A DNA stretch of 64,000 nucleotides from Mobula hypostoma (taxonomy: Eukaryota): positions 90,770,001 to 90,834,000 of the forward strand of contig NC_086097.1 in the NCBI RefSeq assembly GCF_963921235.1. The letters are read 5' to 3'. The translations under genes and the position numbers were made by a program. Under the pieces are notes generated by a model. The model saw only the letters and a list, made by a program, of their open reading frames with translations, had not been told where the DNA came from and made no database searches. Shown piece by piece: positions 1-10,429 of this stretch. Position 1 is the stretch's first letter. Every line of letters starts with the position of its first letter.

Positions 1-845
1 CTCTACTGACTCCTGAAGGTAATGCTCAAGTACGTGACAAGCAAAAGTACAAGCAGATAAAGCAAAAGAGCTACTATGACAGACATACAAGACAGTTGCC
101 AGATCTGCATACAGGTGAAAATGTCAGAGTACAGAGAGGAGACACTTGGCAACCAGCTGTGGTTGTGAACAGACATCAGCAACCAAGATCCTTCATAGTT
201 CGGATGGAAGAGTCTACAGGAGGAACAGGAAGCATATGCTGAAGACAGGCGAGAGGGAGTTTCCACGCACAGATGCACAGGACATTTCCGTATATACAAA
301 CATGGAAACAAACGACACCAAGAGTGATGCAGACGGTAAAGACACAGAGGTCACTCGAGAGACTGACACGGATGAAGGACAAGCACAGTCACAGTTGTAT
401 CACACACGGTCTGGGAGACAAGTCAAACCTCCAGCTCGATACAGAGACTAGACATACATACAGTCTCACACAGTTTGAGGCAAAGTCTCACGTGTTATAA
501 GTTCCAAGGTGTGAAATAAAAGGTTTATTAGTCTATGTTAGTAAAAGAAAATACACTGCTGTTAGTATTGTAAGATACAATGCAGAATACAGTACAAGAA
601 GTTAAGATTTTTTTAGTTTATGTCATGGTTGTTGCACTGTAAAAAGGGCATATCTAGAGGTCTTGTTTTGGTAATTCACAGTGTTTTAAAAAAAATCTTG
701 AGAAGGGGAATGTAATGTATTGTGTGAGTATTTGTAGCGTCAGAGTGCGTATGACGTCAGGACGTGGAGAAGTAAAAAATGGAAGTCTGTTGAATAAACA
801 TGGTTGTTCAATCTACATCGGTGTCCAAGTCACATCAATATTACA
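1..845 (+). mobile_element. 3' end of a Gypsy LTR retrotransposon (K02A2.6-like): post-integrase tail, PPT and short 3' LTR (711-845)
   Basis: ORF 146-451 has GRVYRRNRKH and TRSGRQVKPPARY motifs typical of Gypsy pol C-termini. Purine tract AGAAGGGGAA (701-710) is followed by a 135-bp TGTAAT...ATTACA unit containing AATAAA. Confidence 0.8.
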
Positions 846-849
846 CTCT

Positions 850-1138
850 GAACCCCTTTTTTTTCTTTTATGGCCTTCTGTCTCTTTCACCAATCAACTT
901 CCCAGCTCTTTACTTCAATCTTCCCCCTCCAGGTTTCACCCATCACCTGGTGTTTCTCTCTCCCCTCCCCCCACATTTAAATCTGCTCTCTAGCTCTTTT
1001 CTTCAGGCCTGCTGAAGGGGTTTGGCCCAAAACATCGAATGAACTCTTTTCCTAGATGCTGCCTGGCCTGCTGAGTTCCTCCAGCATTTTGTGCCTGTTT
1101 CTTGGACTTCTAGCATCTGCAGATTTTCTTTGGTTTGT
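850..1138 (+). repeat. Penelope-derived short repeat, decayed copy
   Basis: Similar to 4138-4481, with degenerate hammerhead core CTGCTGA...CCCAAAACATCGA (1009-1038) and the GATGCTGCCTGGCCTGCTGAGTTCCTCCAGCA tail. Confidence 0.65.
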
Positions 1139-1857
1139 GACACATTTTACAGAGTTGTTCTCCCAGTCTGTTGCTGAGAGCTCCGTCCAACTCCACAACT
1201 CCAAACCCCAAAATGACAAAAATTGCAGGCAAGTGGGAACACCCCCACCTGCAGGTTGCCCTCCAAGTCACGTTGCACCCAGACAAGGAAATACAGCTTA
1301 TCAGTATTTGTAATTCAAACATCACAGATGCTGGAAATCAGAAGTATATACAGACAATACTGGAAGTATTCAACAGATCAAGCAGCATCTAACGAAAGCT
1401 CTCTGACTGGAAACTCTGTTTCTCTGAACTGCTGAGTGTTTCCAGCAATTTCTGTTTTACTGTAGAATATCTGAAATCTCTGCCACCACTTTCAAGTCAC
1501 TTTAAAAGCACTAATCTTTTGAAATGTGGCTCCTCAGAGTGCTAGACATCGGAGAGCAAGTCTGTCTTTACTCTTGGGGGAATCCAGACTATTCTCTCCC
1601 TATTTTTGGTTTCATGGACAGTTTTGTCCCATCCCCAGCCTATTTTGCAGCCACGGTCTGTGCAGCCTACCCAGCACACAAACACTCATAATGGTGGGGC
1701 AGGCTTGAGGGGGCCTGGTGGCTTACCCCTCCTCTGATTTATGATGGCCTCTGTATTGTGTTGCCTCTTACAGTCTAGGAATTTGGACCCTAGATACAGA
1801 GAGACTGGACAGGCTGACGGTTGATTCCCATCTTCTCATCATCCTTGGAAAAAGCAA

Positions 1858-3725
1858 TTTACTGCTATTTTACTTATTTGGGAGTTAAAATTACTAAGAG
1901 ACGTAAGGATTTATTCAAGTCCAATCTTTTACCGTTAATTAGTCAGGTTAAACAACTGATTACTAAATGGTCCCTATTGTCTCTATCACTGATTGGCTGA
2001 ATTAATGCTATTAAAATGACTATTTTACCTAAATTTTTATATCTAATTCAAGCGATACCAATTTTTATTCCTAAATCCTCTTTTGATACTACCGATTCTA
2101 AAATTTCCTCTTATATATGGCAGAACAAAAATCCCAGGTTAAGTAAAAAATATTTACAGAAGTCCAAGAAAGATGGTGGTTTAGTACTGCCTAATCTAAG
2201 ATTCTATTATTGGCAATTAATATTCGATATTTAATATTTTGGACACAAGAGTGCAATATAATTCCAAGTCCACAATGGGTAAACCTTGAAGGCTACTCTG
2301 TACAAGGGTTCTCTTTGGCTTCCATTTTAGGAACTTCACTTCCTTTTGTATTATCTAAATTGAATAAACAAATAGTTAATCCAATAATTAAACATACATT
2401 GCGAATATGGTTTCAATTTCGTATATTTTTTGGTTTGAACAAATTTATATTATCAAGCCCTATTATATCTAATTTTTTTTTCTACCCTCGGTTATGGACC
2501 AAGCCTTTTTGATATGGAAAACGAAAGGTATAACATGTTTTCGTGACTTATTTCTGGACAACCGTTTCATGCCTTTTGAACAATTATCTAATAAATTTAA
2601 TTTGCCCAGATCCCATTTCTTTAGATATTTACAAATAAGAAACTTTTTAAATACCACGCTGTCTACCTTCCTGACCTCATACCCTACTGATAGCATCGAT
2701 AAAATTTTAGGTTTAAATCCCTTTCAGAAGGGATTAATAGCATCTATTTATGATATAATTATGAAATTACAGCCAGGTATATCTGATAAAATTAAAAATG
2801 AATGGGAAAGGGAACTTCAACTTTGCCTACCTATAGAGAAATGGGATAAAATTTTTCAATTAGTTAGTACTTCCTCTATATGTGCTAAACATACACTAAT
2901 ACAATTTAAAGTAGTGCATAGGGCCCATATGTCTAAAGATAAAATAGCCCGTTTTTAGTCCCATATAAACCCTATTTGTGACAGATGTCACTCTGAGGTG
3001 GCTTCTTTAACTCATATGTTTTGGTCCTGTCCTCTTTTGGAAAAATTTTGGAAAGATATTTTTGATATTATCTCAACAGTTTTGCTTTTTGATTTACAAC
3101 CCCATCCCATACGACAATTTTTGGTTTGCCAATGGTAGAAAGTAGATTTTTATCCTCTTCAGCCTGTTGGATGATTGCATTTACTACTTTAATGTCCAGA
3201 AGATCCATTAAACTGGAAGGAGACCAATCCTCCTACTACATTTCAATGGTTTTCCCAAACTATATTATGTTTAAATTTAGAAAAAATCAGAAGTGACATT
3301 TTTGATCCTTCAGTTAAATTTGAAGAGACTTGGAAACCATTTATTCAACATTTTCATATGATGTAATTTGACCTTTCTGAATCCTTCTTATTAACTTAAA
3401 ATATACGAATAGAGGAGCAGAGTTGACGACATTGCTGAACGAGTTCGATTTAAGATAATGGTTTAGCTTTGTTTTGTTCCGTTTGCTTTTTTTTGGGTTT
3501 AGTTGGGTTTTTTTTGGTTTTTTTGGGGGGTGCTCTTTGTATTTTTTTTCTTTTTATTTCTTTTTTCTCTATAATTAATTATATCAAGAGTTTGGAATAC
3601 TTGAAATCTTTTTTGTACATGCTTATCAACAATAAGATTATTCCAATCACTCTGTATCAACATTGTTATTCTGTTTATAATTTTGGAAAATTAATAAAAA
3701 GATTTAAAAAGAAAAGAAAAGAAAA
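1858..3725 (+). mobile_element. 5'-truncated L1-clade LINE (ORF2 C-terminal part, frameshifted) with T-rich 3' UTR and A-rich tail
   Basis: FTYLGV, ILPKFLYLIQAIP, GGLVLPNLRFYYW, QFKVVHR and CDRC..LTHMFWSCP motifs spread over several frames. Ends in AATAAA and (GAAAA)n. Confidence 0.85.
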
Positions 3726-4137
3726 TGCAGTGTGATTTCAGACTGAGGGCTTCACTTGTAAAAACAAATCCAAGAAATTTGGCTCCAGTAAAAGAGACGA
3801 TGAAGCAGTCATATCGACCTAACATTCCGGGATAGAATGGATATGGAGAGGTTTCTATTAGTAGGAGGGCCAGCGATCAATGGTCACAGCTTCAGAGCAA
3901 AGGAACATCCCTCCAGAACTGAGATGAAGAAGAATTTATTAAGTCACAAGATGGTAAATCTGTGGAATTCTTTGCCAGAAGGCCATGGAGGCCTAGTCAT
4001 TGGCTGTATTTAAGGCAGGGATTCATAGATTCTTGATTGGGAGGGAGTTAAGGGTTATGGGAAGAATGGGATGAAGAAAAATACACTAGCCATAATTGAA
4101 TGACAGAGCAGATTGGGCCGAATGACTTAATTCTGCT

Positions 4138-4481
4138 CTCCATCTTCCTCTGGCGCTCCCCTCCCCCTTTCTTTCTCCCTAGGCCTCCCGTCCCATGATC
4201 CTCTCCCTTCTCCAGCCTTGTATCCCTTTTGCCAATCAACTTTCCAGCTCTCAGCTCTATCCCTCCCCCTCCTGTCGTCTCCTATCATTTCGGATCACCC
4301 CCTCCCCCTCCCACTTTCAAATCTCTTACTATCTCTTCCTTCAGTTAGTCCTGACGAAGGGTCTCGGCCCGAAACGTCGACTGTGCTTCTTCCTATGGAT
4401 GTTGTCTGGCCTGCTGCGTTCCACCAGCACTTTGTGTGTGTTGCTTGAATTTCCAGCACCTGCAGATTTCCTCGTGTTTGC
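4138..4481 (+). mobile_element. Penelope-like (PLE)-derived non-autonomous element with 14-bp TSD
   Basis: Flanked by GACTTAATTCTGCT at 4124-4137 and 4482-4495; contains a hammerhead motif. Related copies lie at about 850-1138, 16830-16945 (-) and 42800-42905. Confidence 0.75.
4347..4382 (+). ncRNA. Minimal type I hammerhead ribozyme motif
   Basis: AGTC-CTGACGA-A-GGGT(CTCG)GCCC-GAAA-C-GTC-GACT: stem I AGTC/GACT, core CUGANGA, 4-bp stem II, GAAA, palindromic ACGU in place of helix III, and a GUC cleavage triplet. Confidence 0.7.
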
Positions 4482-4759
4482 GACTTAATTCTGCTTCTGT
4501 CTTTTGTATCTTATGATCTTGTGAGGTAGACTGAAAGCTGGTTCACCATAATATCCCATAGCAGGAAAATGTGATGCAGTTTCAGTTGCAAGTGCTGCAG
4601 ACAAGCATTGCAAGCTGGTTCCGTCACTCTGTATATATCATGAACTCAAATGGCCTCCAGTGCATTCAGCACCATAGTGAATAAATTGAATTTCTCAGAA
4701 TGACCACAAGGATTGCAACTGATGCCCAAGAGCATCAAGATTCATTTACACACTGTGAT

Positions 4760-5450
4760 ATAGAACATTACAGCACAGTAGAGGCCCTTTGGCAGACGAT
4801 GTTGTGCGGACCTTTTAACCTATTCTAATTTCAATCTAACCCTTCTTTCCTATATTGCCCTCCAATTTTCTATCATTTTCCTATTGTGCTGGGCACGTGG
4901 CCAAGTGGTTAAGGCGTTCGTCTGGTTACCTCAAGGTTGCTAGTTCGAACCTCAGCTGTGGTAGCGTGTTTGTGCCCTTGAGCAAGGCACTTAATCACAC
5001 ATTGCTCTAGTCTGTGTGAGGAATGGCGCCCCACAGACTTCCAGTCTGCACCTTGTAAGGCATGAAAATGCCCAACACAGGCCTCTCATGGTCTGAGTCG
5101 ATGTTCCCCTCCTCCCCTCCCTCCCTCCCCCTTTCTATCATCCATGTGCCTATATAAGAGCTTTATAAATGCTCCTAATGTATCTGCCTCTACCATCAAC
5201 TCTTGGTAGGGCATTCCATACAACCACCACTCTCTGTGTAACAAACTTAACTCTGACATCCCCACCTATACCTTCCTCCAATCACCTTAAAATTATGCCC
5301 CTTTGTATTTTCCATTTCTGCCCCCGGGAACAAGTCTCCGGCTATCCAATCCTTCTATGCCTCCCTCAACCTATCATCATAAGACATGCCCTCTAGTCCA
5401 GGTAGCATCCTGGAGAATCCTCTCTGCACCCTCTCTAAAACTTTTGCATA
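4760..5450 (-). mobile_element. Decayed CR1-like LINE 3' fragment, apparently resuming near 11965-12150 after nested insertions
   Basis: ATAGAACATTACAGCACAG tail and reverse-strand similarity to the CR1 RT C-terminus; matching continuation GGTGACCAGAAGTG at about 11972. Confidence 0.6.
4891..5131 (+). mobile_element. tRNA-derived SINE with CORE-like central motif
   Basis: A box TGGCCAAGTGG, B box GTTCGAACC, central GTGCCCTTGAGCAAGGCACTTAATC. Head is shared with 44848-45161. Confidence 0.7.
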
Positions 5451-5455
5451 CTTAC

Positions 5456-6310
5456 TGTTACGTACCCCGTAACTGGGTTGCCAAACCAGCAGAAATGGAT
5501 CACTCAGTTGGAGTCTGGAGTACTAGGACTAAGAAAGTTTTATTAAGGAAACAAGCAACACAGTAATCGAAAGGATAATAAATGCAACAGTTCAGTGATG
5601 ATAAACACACATGTGCACAGAATTAAGATAACAGCATCAATCAAGCTCTATCGTTGTCTAGGGGTAAATGACCAATTTCAAAATGACTCAAAGTTCAGTC
5701 CAGTTTAGTAGTTCAGTTCGCAGTAATCGTTGCCATGGCGGTGGACAATGTGGGGGAAGAGAGAGATAGAATAGGAACAACTCATCATTCAGAACGGCTT
5801 CACTCACAGACCAGCAGGATGGCTCACAGACCAGCGAGATGGCTCACAAACAGCTTTTGGGCAGGTCCTTGGTGATGTCACCTGAGGTCACCGACTGTGA
5901 CCCCTCCTCCAGATGCGGTCGATCCTCTGCAGTGAACCCGGCACCCAGGCAAGGGCGGACACACACCGGGTTCCCGCTGATCGTACCTTTCCACCCACTC
6001 GTGAGAAGCGTACCGCTTCCAGGGTCTCGTTACCTCGGGTGGCGTGTGTGTCTGTCTTAGCGAACCTGTCCCTTTTTATCCCCCTGCTGGGGTATCGCCT
6101 GTCCATCACTTCAAACAGTTCAGGGTTCAAAGGGGGGGAGCCGCTCCAGACAGCTCTTCCTCCCACATCCCTTCATTACACATCTCCAGACGCTGCTCCA
6201 TTGTTCCTTATCTCTCCTTCCCCTGAGGGCAGGTGGCAGACCAACTGCTGATGCCACTGATGCTAGCCCAGGCCAGCAAACATCTTAATTTTATGTGTAT
6301 TCTCGTAACA
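5456..6310 (-). repeat. 3' LTR
   Basis: Direct repeat of 9440-10294 (offset 3984; identical by eye and by ORF-track translations); adjacent to the PPT. Confidence 0.95.
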
Positions 6311-6323
6311 CTTCCCCCCTTTA
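6311..6323 (-). other. Polypurine tract
   Basis: Minus strand TAAAGGGGGGAAG directly precedes the TG of the 3' LTR. Confidence 0.85.
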
Positions 6324-6481
6324 AGGATTTTTACCGGGAGGTAAAAATTACAAACATGACTACATTATCTGATACATACACAATATACATCTTTAACAGT
6401 TATTTAGCTAATACGGAGAATTTGAAGCTGTCAACACCTTGACAGACAGTCATCACATTTCTGTTCCTTTTACACGTGTTA

Positions 6482-9340
6482 TTAATAATCCCTTAGACCA
6501 GGCTCCAACTCAGCAAACTTCATAGTGGCCAAAAACACTGATGAATTGCGACCAATGTAACCTCTCATTTGGTTTTGTCCCGGACCACAATAACAAGGGT
6601 CGTCCCATTCCGACTCAGTTTTCTCTCGCAAGGGCTTAGTAGGAGGGGGACGGGTATTGACCGCAGAGTTATTGCAAAACTTCCTGCAGTACCCCACCAT
6701 CTCCAAAAGCCTTCTGAGGGCCGTCTTGTCTGTCGGGGTTGGGAGGTCAGCGATAGCCTGCACTGTAGCTTGCATCACTGCCAGCTGCCCCTGTGTCACC
6801 ACAATTCCCAGGTAAGTGACATTCGTGTGGCCGAATTCATTTGTTCCAAGGCTCACTATCACGCTGGCTTCAGACAGCCGTGTTAAATTGCCAATACACA
6901 CCTCTGTGTTCATCAGCCCTTTAGTCACTGAATTACTCAAAAAATATGGGTGTTGTTTGCTTGGCCGCCCTATTGTAACAGACATAACCCAACGTCCCAG
7001 TTCTTTGCATTTCCTCGGGACAATCAAACACATAGGTGCGAGTCGTTTAATTACTCCTTCTAAAGATTCGCTTTGTTCGGGGATTAAGGGAGAGACCTTA
7101 TCAGTAGACCTGGCCAAAACAATAGCCTTCTCCCATCTGACCGATCCCATCCTAATCTTTTCAAAATGGTTTTTTCCTCTTATCAAGGGGCCCCTAGCTT
7201 CATTGATTTCCACGCTAACACCGACTAGGTTTGTTAGTATATCAAAAGCCGGTGACCGTCTCAGTTCGCGTCGGTCATGATCAATAACATTCTTCCCCCT
7301 GGGCAGCCGGTAACTCTCTTTCATGATTCCACCAACTGTTTCCTCCAGCACCGCAAAATGTCCACCGGGGGGTACCTCGTGGGCCATGTTAAAAACCTCA
7401 TCCCCATAACTCTTTTGCACCACCCCCCACTCCTCATCTGCGGATGCTGTACTTGATTTCCCTTTCTTCCTTAGCACTTCCTCATCCGCACAATAGCCTA
7501 CTAGTTCCCTTGTCAAGGCTGTGTCAGAGAGAGCTGTCTCGGCCAAAACCATCAGCCCCTCGTCTCGCTCCTGCGTCTGCACAAATTCTTTCCTGGCTAC
7601 TGCTACGTCCGTCCCAGCTCCCTCACTACCTCTTATCTCACTACACCCTGTCTCATACAAGGTTGGCAGAAATGTTTCAGCCAAATTCACCATCGCGGGC
7701 GGGGCCTCCATGCTGGCAGGCTGACCCGTCAATCTCACGACTGGGAACACGATTCCTCCGGCGATGTCATTACCGAGCAAGACTTCCACGTCTTTCATCG
7801 GTAATTCGGACCTCACCCCGATCGTGACTAGTCCAGAGACCAGGTTGCTCTGTAAATGTATCTGGTGCAAAGGGACTGACTCTGTCCCTTCCCCAACACC
7901 TTTGACCTCTACCTCCCCAGTCTGGGTCTCTGAGCTAAACTCTAATACACTCTTCAGTATTAGTGACTGACACGCTCCCGTGTCTCTCCAGATCCGCACT
8001 GGAACTGGTTTTAACCTCTTTTTCACTGACACCAGTCCGGCCGAGATAAACCTCTCGCGCCCTTCCTGGACTTTTTCAGACCTGTCCTTCCCTAGCGGTT
8101 CGCTTAACAGCTCAATACAGCCATTCAAAATTTCCGCTTTTCCTTTCCCCGTCTCCTTCCTTGGGGCAAAGCACCTGGACGCAAAGTGTCCGACTTTCCC
8201 ACAATTATAACAGACGACTCCAGGAGACTTCCCACCAGACTGCTCCCGGTCTACCTTATCCTTTTCACTAGTCCCCGGCTTACTTTCTGACTTTTCCGGC
8301 GGACTCTCCCCGCCGTCCTGACTACCCTTCTGGTAGCCTTTACTCGGGGCAACCTTCATTTTATGCGTCAACGCATACTCATCCGCTAACTTAGCAGTTG
8401 CGGCTAACGTGGCTGCCTCTTTCTCATCGAGGTAGGGTCTCATACCCTCAGGGACACAACCTTTAAACTGCTCAATCAGAACCAGTTGCAGCAGTCTGTC
8501 ATAATCCCCCTCTACCCCTTTCGAGGCGCACCAACGCTCACAATATGTTTGCATCTCACGAGCAAACTCCAAATACGTGCGGTCCCACCGCTTCCTCGCA
8601 TTCCGGAACCTCTGCCGGTATGCCTCCGGGACCAACTCATAAATCCTGAGGATGGCCTCCTTCACCACCTCATACTTCTGGGCATCTTCCGCGGATAAAG
8701 CGGAGTAAGCTTGTTGGGCTTTCCCTTTTAGTACACTTTGAAGTAAAACAACCCACTTATCCCTCGGCCAGTCCTGACTTATAGCTACTTTTTCGAAGTG
8801 GAGAAAGTACCGATCCACATCGGTATCGTCAAATGGGGGAACCAGCCTAACCTCCTGGGTCGCCCGGAACCCTCCACCTTGGTTCGGCACGAGCTCCTGC
8901 TCGGCCCTTATCTTTAACTTCTCCAGCTCAAATTCCCTTTCCCTCTGTTTCTCCTCTCTCTCCAACTGTCTTTCTCTCTCTTGCCTTTCTACCTCTTTCT
9001 CTCTCTCCCGCCTTTCTAACTCTCTCTCCTGCCTTTCTAACTGCTTCTCTTCGTGTTCTAACTGCCGTACCCGGAACTCGTGCTCGAGTCTCAGTTTTTC
9101 AAGCTGTACCTGTACCGCGTCTCCAGCAGGTTTTTCAATAGACACCTCCCCCAGCTCACCTTGGGGAAACACACCTTTAGATACATAGTGCTCTACAATA
9201 GCTCTGTGTATCTCCTCTCTCCTCATTGTCGACTTCACCTTAGCAAGATTCACCCGTTTTGCCACAGCTATCAATTCCGATTTCCTGGCATCCTCTAATG
9301 CCTCCAAGGTCGGCGCCTTTATAAATTCCTCAACCTCCAT
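6482..9340 (-). CDS. 952-aa Gag-protease polyprotein with degenerate integrase-N and RT remnants
   Basis: E/R-rich coiled coil, SCAN-related capsid (PEAYRQRFR...LVLIEQF), CCHC knuckle CYNCGKVGHFASRC, aspartic protease RDTGA...LLGND. Then integrase Zn-region relic AHEVPPGGHF, followed by RT relics KQHPY, VCIGNL (YxDD position), VTYLG and MVGYCRKFC. Confidence 0.9.
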   Translation of the reverse strand: MEVEEFIKAPTLEALEDARKSELIAVAKRVNLAKVKSTMRREEIHRAIVEHYVSKGVFPQGELGEVSIEKPAGDAVQVQLEKLRLEHEFRVRQLEHEEKQLERQERELERREREKEVERQERERQLEREEKQREREFELEKLKIRAEQELVPNQGGGFRATQEVRLVPPFDDTDVDRYFLHFEKVAISQDWPRDKWVVLLQSVLKGKAQQAYSALSAEDAQKYEVVKEAILRIYELVPEAYRQRFRNARKRWDRTYLEFAREMQTYCERWCASKGVEGDYDRLLQLVLIEQFKGCVPEGMRPYLDEKEAATLAATAKLADEYALTHKMKVAPSKGYQKGSQDGGESPPEKSESKPGTSEKDKVDREQSGGKSPGVVCYNCGKVGHFASRCFAPRKETGKGKAEILNGCIELLSEPLGKDRSEKVQEGRERFISAGLVSVKKRLKPVPVRIWRDTGACQSLILKSVLEFSSETQTGEVEVKGVGEGTESVPLHQIHLQSNLVSGLVTIGVRSELPMKDVEVLLGNDIAGGIVFPVVRLTGQPASMEAPPAMVNLAETFLPTLYETGCSEIRGSEGAGTDVAVARKEFVQTQERDEGLMVLAETALSDTALTRELVGYCADEEVLRKKGKSSTASADEEWGVVQKSYGDEVFNMAHEVPPGGHFAVLEETVGGIMKESYRLPRGKNVIDHDRRELRRSPAFDILTNLVGVSVEINEARGPLIRGKNHFEKIRMGSVRWEKAIVLARSTDKVSPLIPEQSESLEGVIKRLAPMCLIVPRKCKELGRWVMSVTIGRPSKQHPYFLSNSVTKGLMNTEVCIGNLTRLSEASVIVSLGTNEFGHTNVTYLGIVVTQGQLAVMQATVQAIADLPTPTDKTALRRLLEMVGYCRKFCNNSAVNTRPPPTKPLREKTESEWDDPCYCGPGQNQMRGYIGRNSSVFLATMKFAELEPGLRDY

Positions 9341-9416
9341 TTCTGCTGTTTGTCTTTTCTTTCTTTCGGGAATTTTAACCCAATCAATTTACTCCGTCCC
9401 AAATTTAGCGTTCAAA

Positions 9417-9435
9417 ATCCCGGACGAGCCCCCCA
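9417..9435 (-). other. Primer-binding site complementary to tRNA-Pro
   Basis: Minus strand TGGGGGGCTCGTCCGGGAT, 4 nt inside the 5' LTR; matches the tRNA-Pro PBS (TGGGGGCTCGTCCGGGAT) with one extra G. Confidence 0.9.
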
Positions 9436-9439
9436 CTTA

Positions 9440-10294
9440 TGTTACGTACCCCGTAACTGGGTTGCCAAACCAGCAGAAATGGATCACTCAGTTGGAGTCT
9501 GGAGTACTAGGACTAAGAAAGTTTTATTAAGGAAACAAGCAACACAGTAATCGAAAGGATAATAAATGCAACAGTTCAGTGATGATAAACACACATGTGC
9601 ACAGAATTAAGATAACAGCATCAATCAAGCTCTATCGTTGTCTAGGGGTAAATGACCAATTTCAAAATGACTCAAAGTTCAGTCCAGTTTAGTAGTTCAG
9701 TTCGCAGTAATCGTTGCCATGGCGGTGGACAATGTGGGGGAAGAGAGAGATAGAATAGGAACAACTCATCATTCAGAACGGCTTCACTCACAGACCAGCA
9801 GGATGGCTCACAGACCAGCGAGATGGCTCACAAACAGCTTTTGGGCAGGTCCTTGGTGATGTCACCTGAGGTCACCGACTGTGACCCCTCCTCCAGATGC
9901 GGTCGATCCTCTGCAGTGAACCCGGCACCCAGGCAAGGGCGGACACACACCGGGTTCCCGCTGATCGTACCTTTCCACCCACTCGTGAGAAGCGTACCGC
10001 TTCCAGGGTCTCGTTACCTCGGGTGGCGTGTGTGTCTGTCTTAGCGAACCTGTCCCTTTTTATCCCCCTGCTGGGGTATCGCCTGTCCATCACTTCAAAC
10101 AGTTCAGGGTTCAAAGGGGGGGAGCCGCTCCAGACAGCTCTTCCTCCCACATCCCTTCATTACACATCTCCAGACGCTGCTCCATTGTTCCTTATCTCTC
10201 CTTCCCCTGAGGGCAGGTGGCAGACCAACTGCTGATGCCACTGATGCTAGCCCAGGCCAGCAAACATCTTAATTTTATGTGTATTCTCGTAACA
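9440..10294 (-). repeat. 5' LTR
   Basis: TGTTACG...CGTAACA, 855 bp, adjacent to the PBS. Confidence 0.95.
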
Positions 10295-10429
10295 TTACTC
10301 ATTCACATCCATGGATACTTCAGTAAACAACATTGTTTTAAGAATTTTTAAAAAGTCTATCGATACTCAAACTCAGCAGACTCCGGACAGTAGGTTCAGT
10401 CATGATTGCTGTTCCCATTTAAGAAAAAG

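Larger units (their letters stand above)
3828..4520 (+). mobile_element. Decayed CR1 3' fragment interrupted by the 4138-4481 insertion
   Basis: GGTCACAGCTTCAG...GGTAAATCTGTGGAATTCTTTGCC...GGGCCGAATG resembles the 3' end of the intact CR1 copies in this window. Confidence 0.7.
5456..10294 (-). mobile_element. Young non-autonomous Gmr1-like (Gypsy) LTR retrotransposon, 4839 bp
   Basis: Two 855-bp LTRs (TGTTACG...CGTAACA), 4-bp TSD TTAC (5452-5455 and 10295-10298), tRNA-Pro PBS, PPT, and one internal ORF. Confidence 0.95.

Noticed and set aside
4891..4970. tRNA genes (also 17868 and 44848)
   Set aside because: A/B boxes are present but run into SINE bodies; no clean cloverleaf.
5839..6251. 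Repeated short ORFs at 5.9, 9.9 and 43.7 kb
   Set aside because: They lie inside LTR copies and are disrupted in the solo LTR.
6482..9340. Domesticated host SCAN gene or endogenous retrovirus
   Set aside because: Bounded by apparently identical LTRs and a TSD; no env; Gypsy-type gag and INT-before-RT order.
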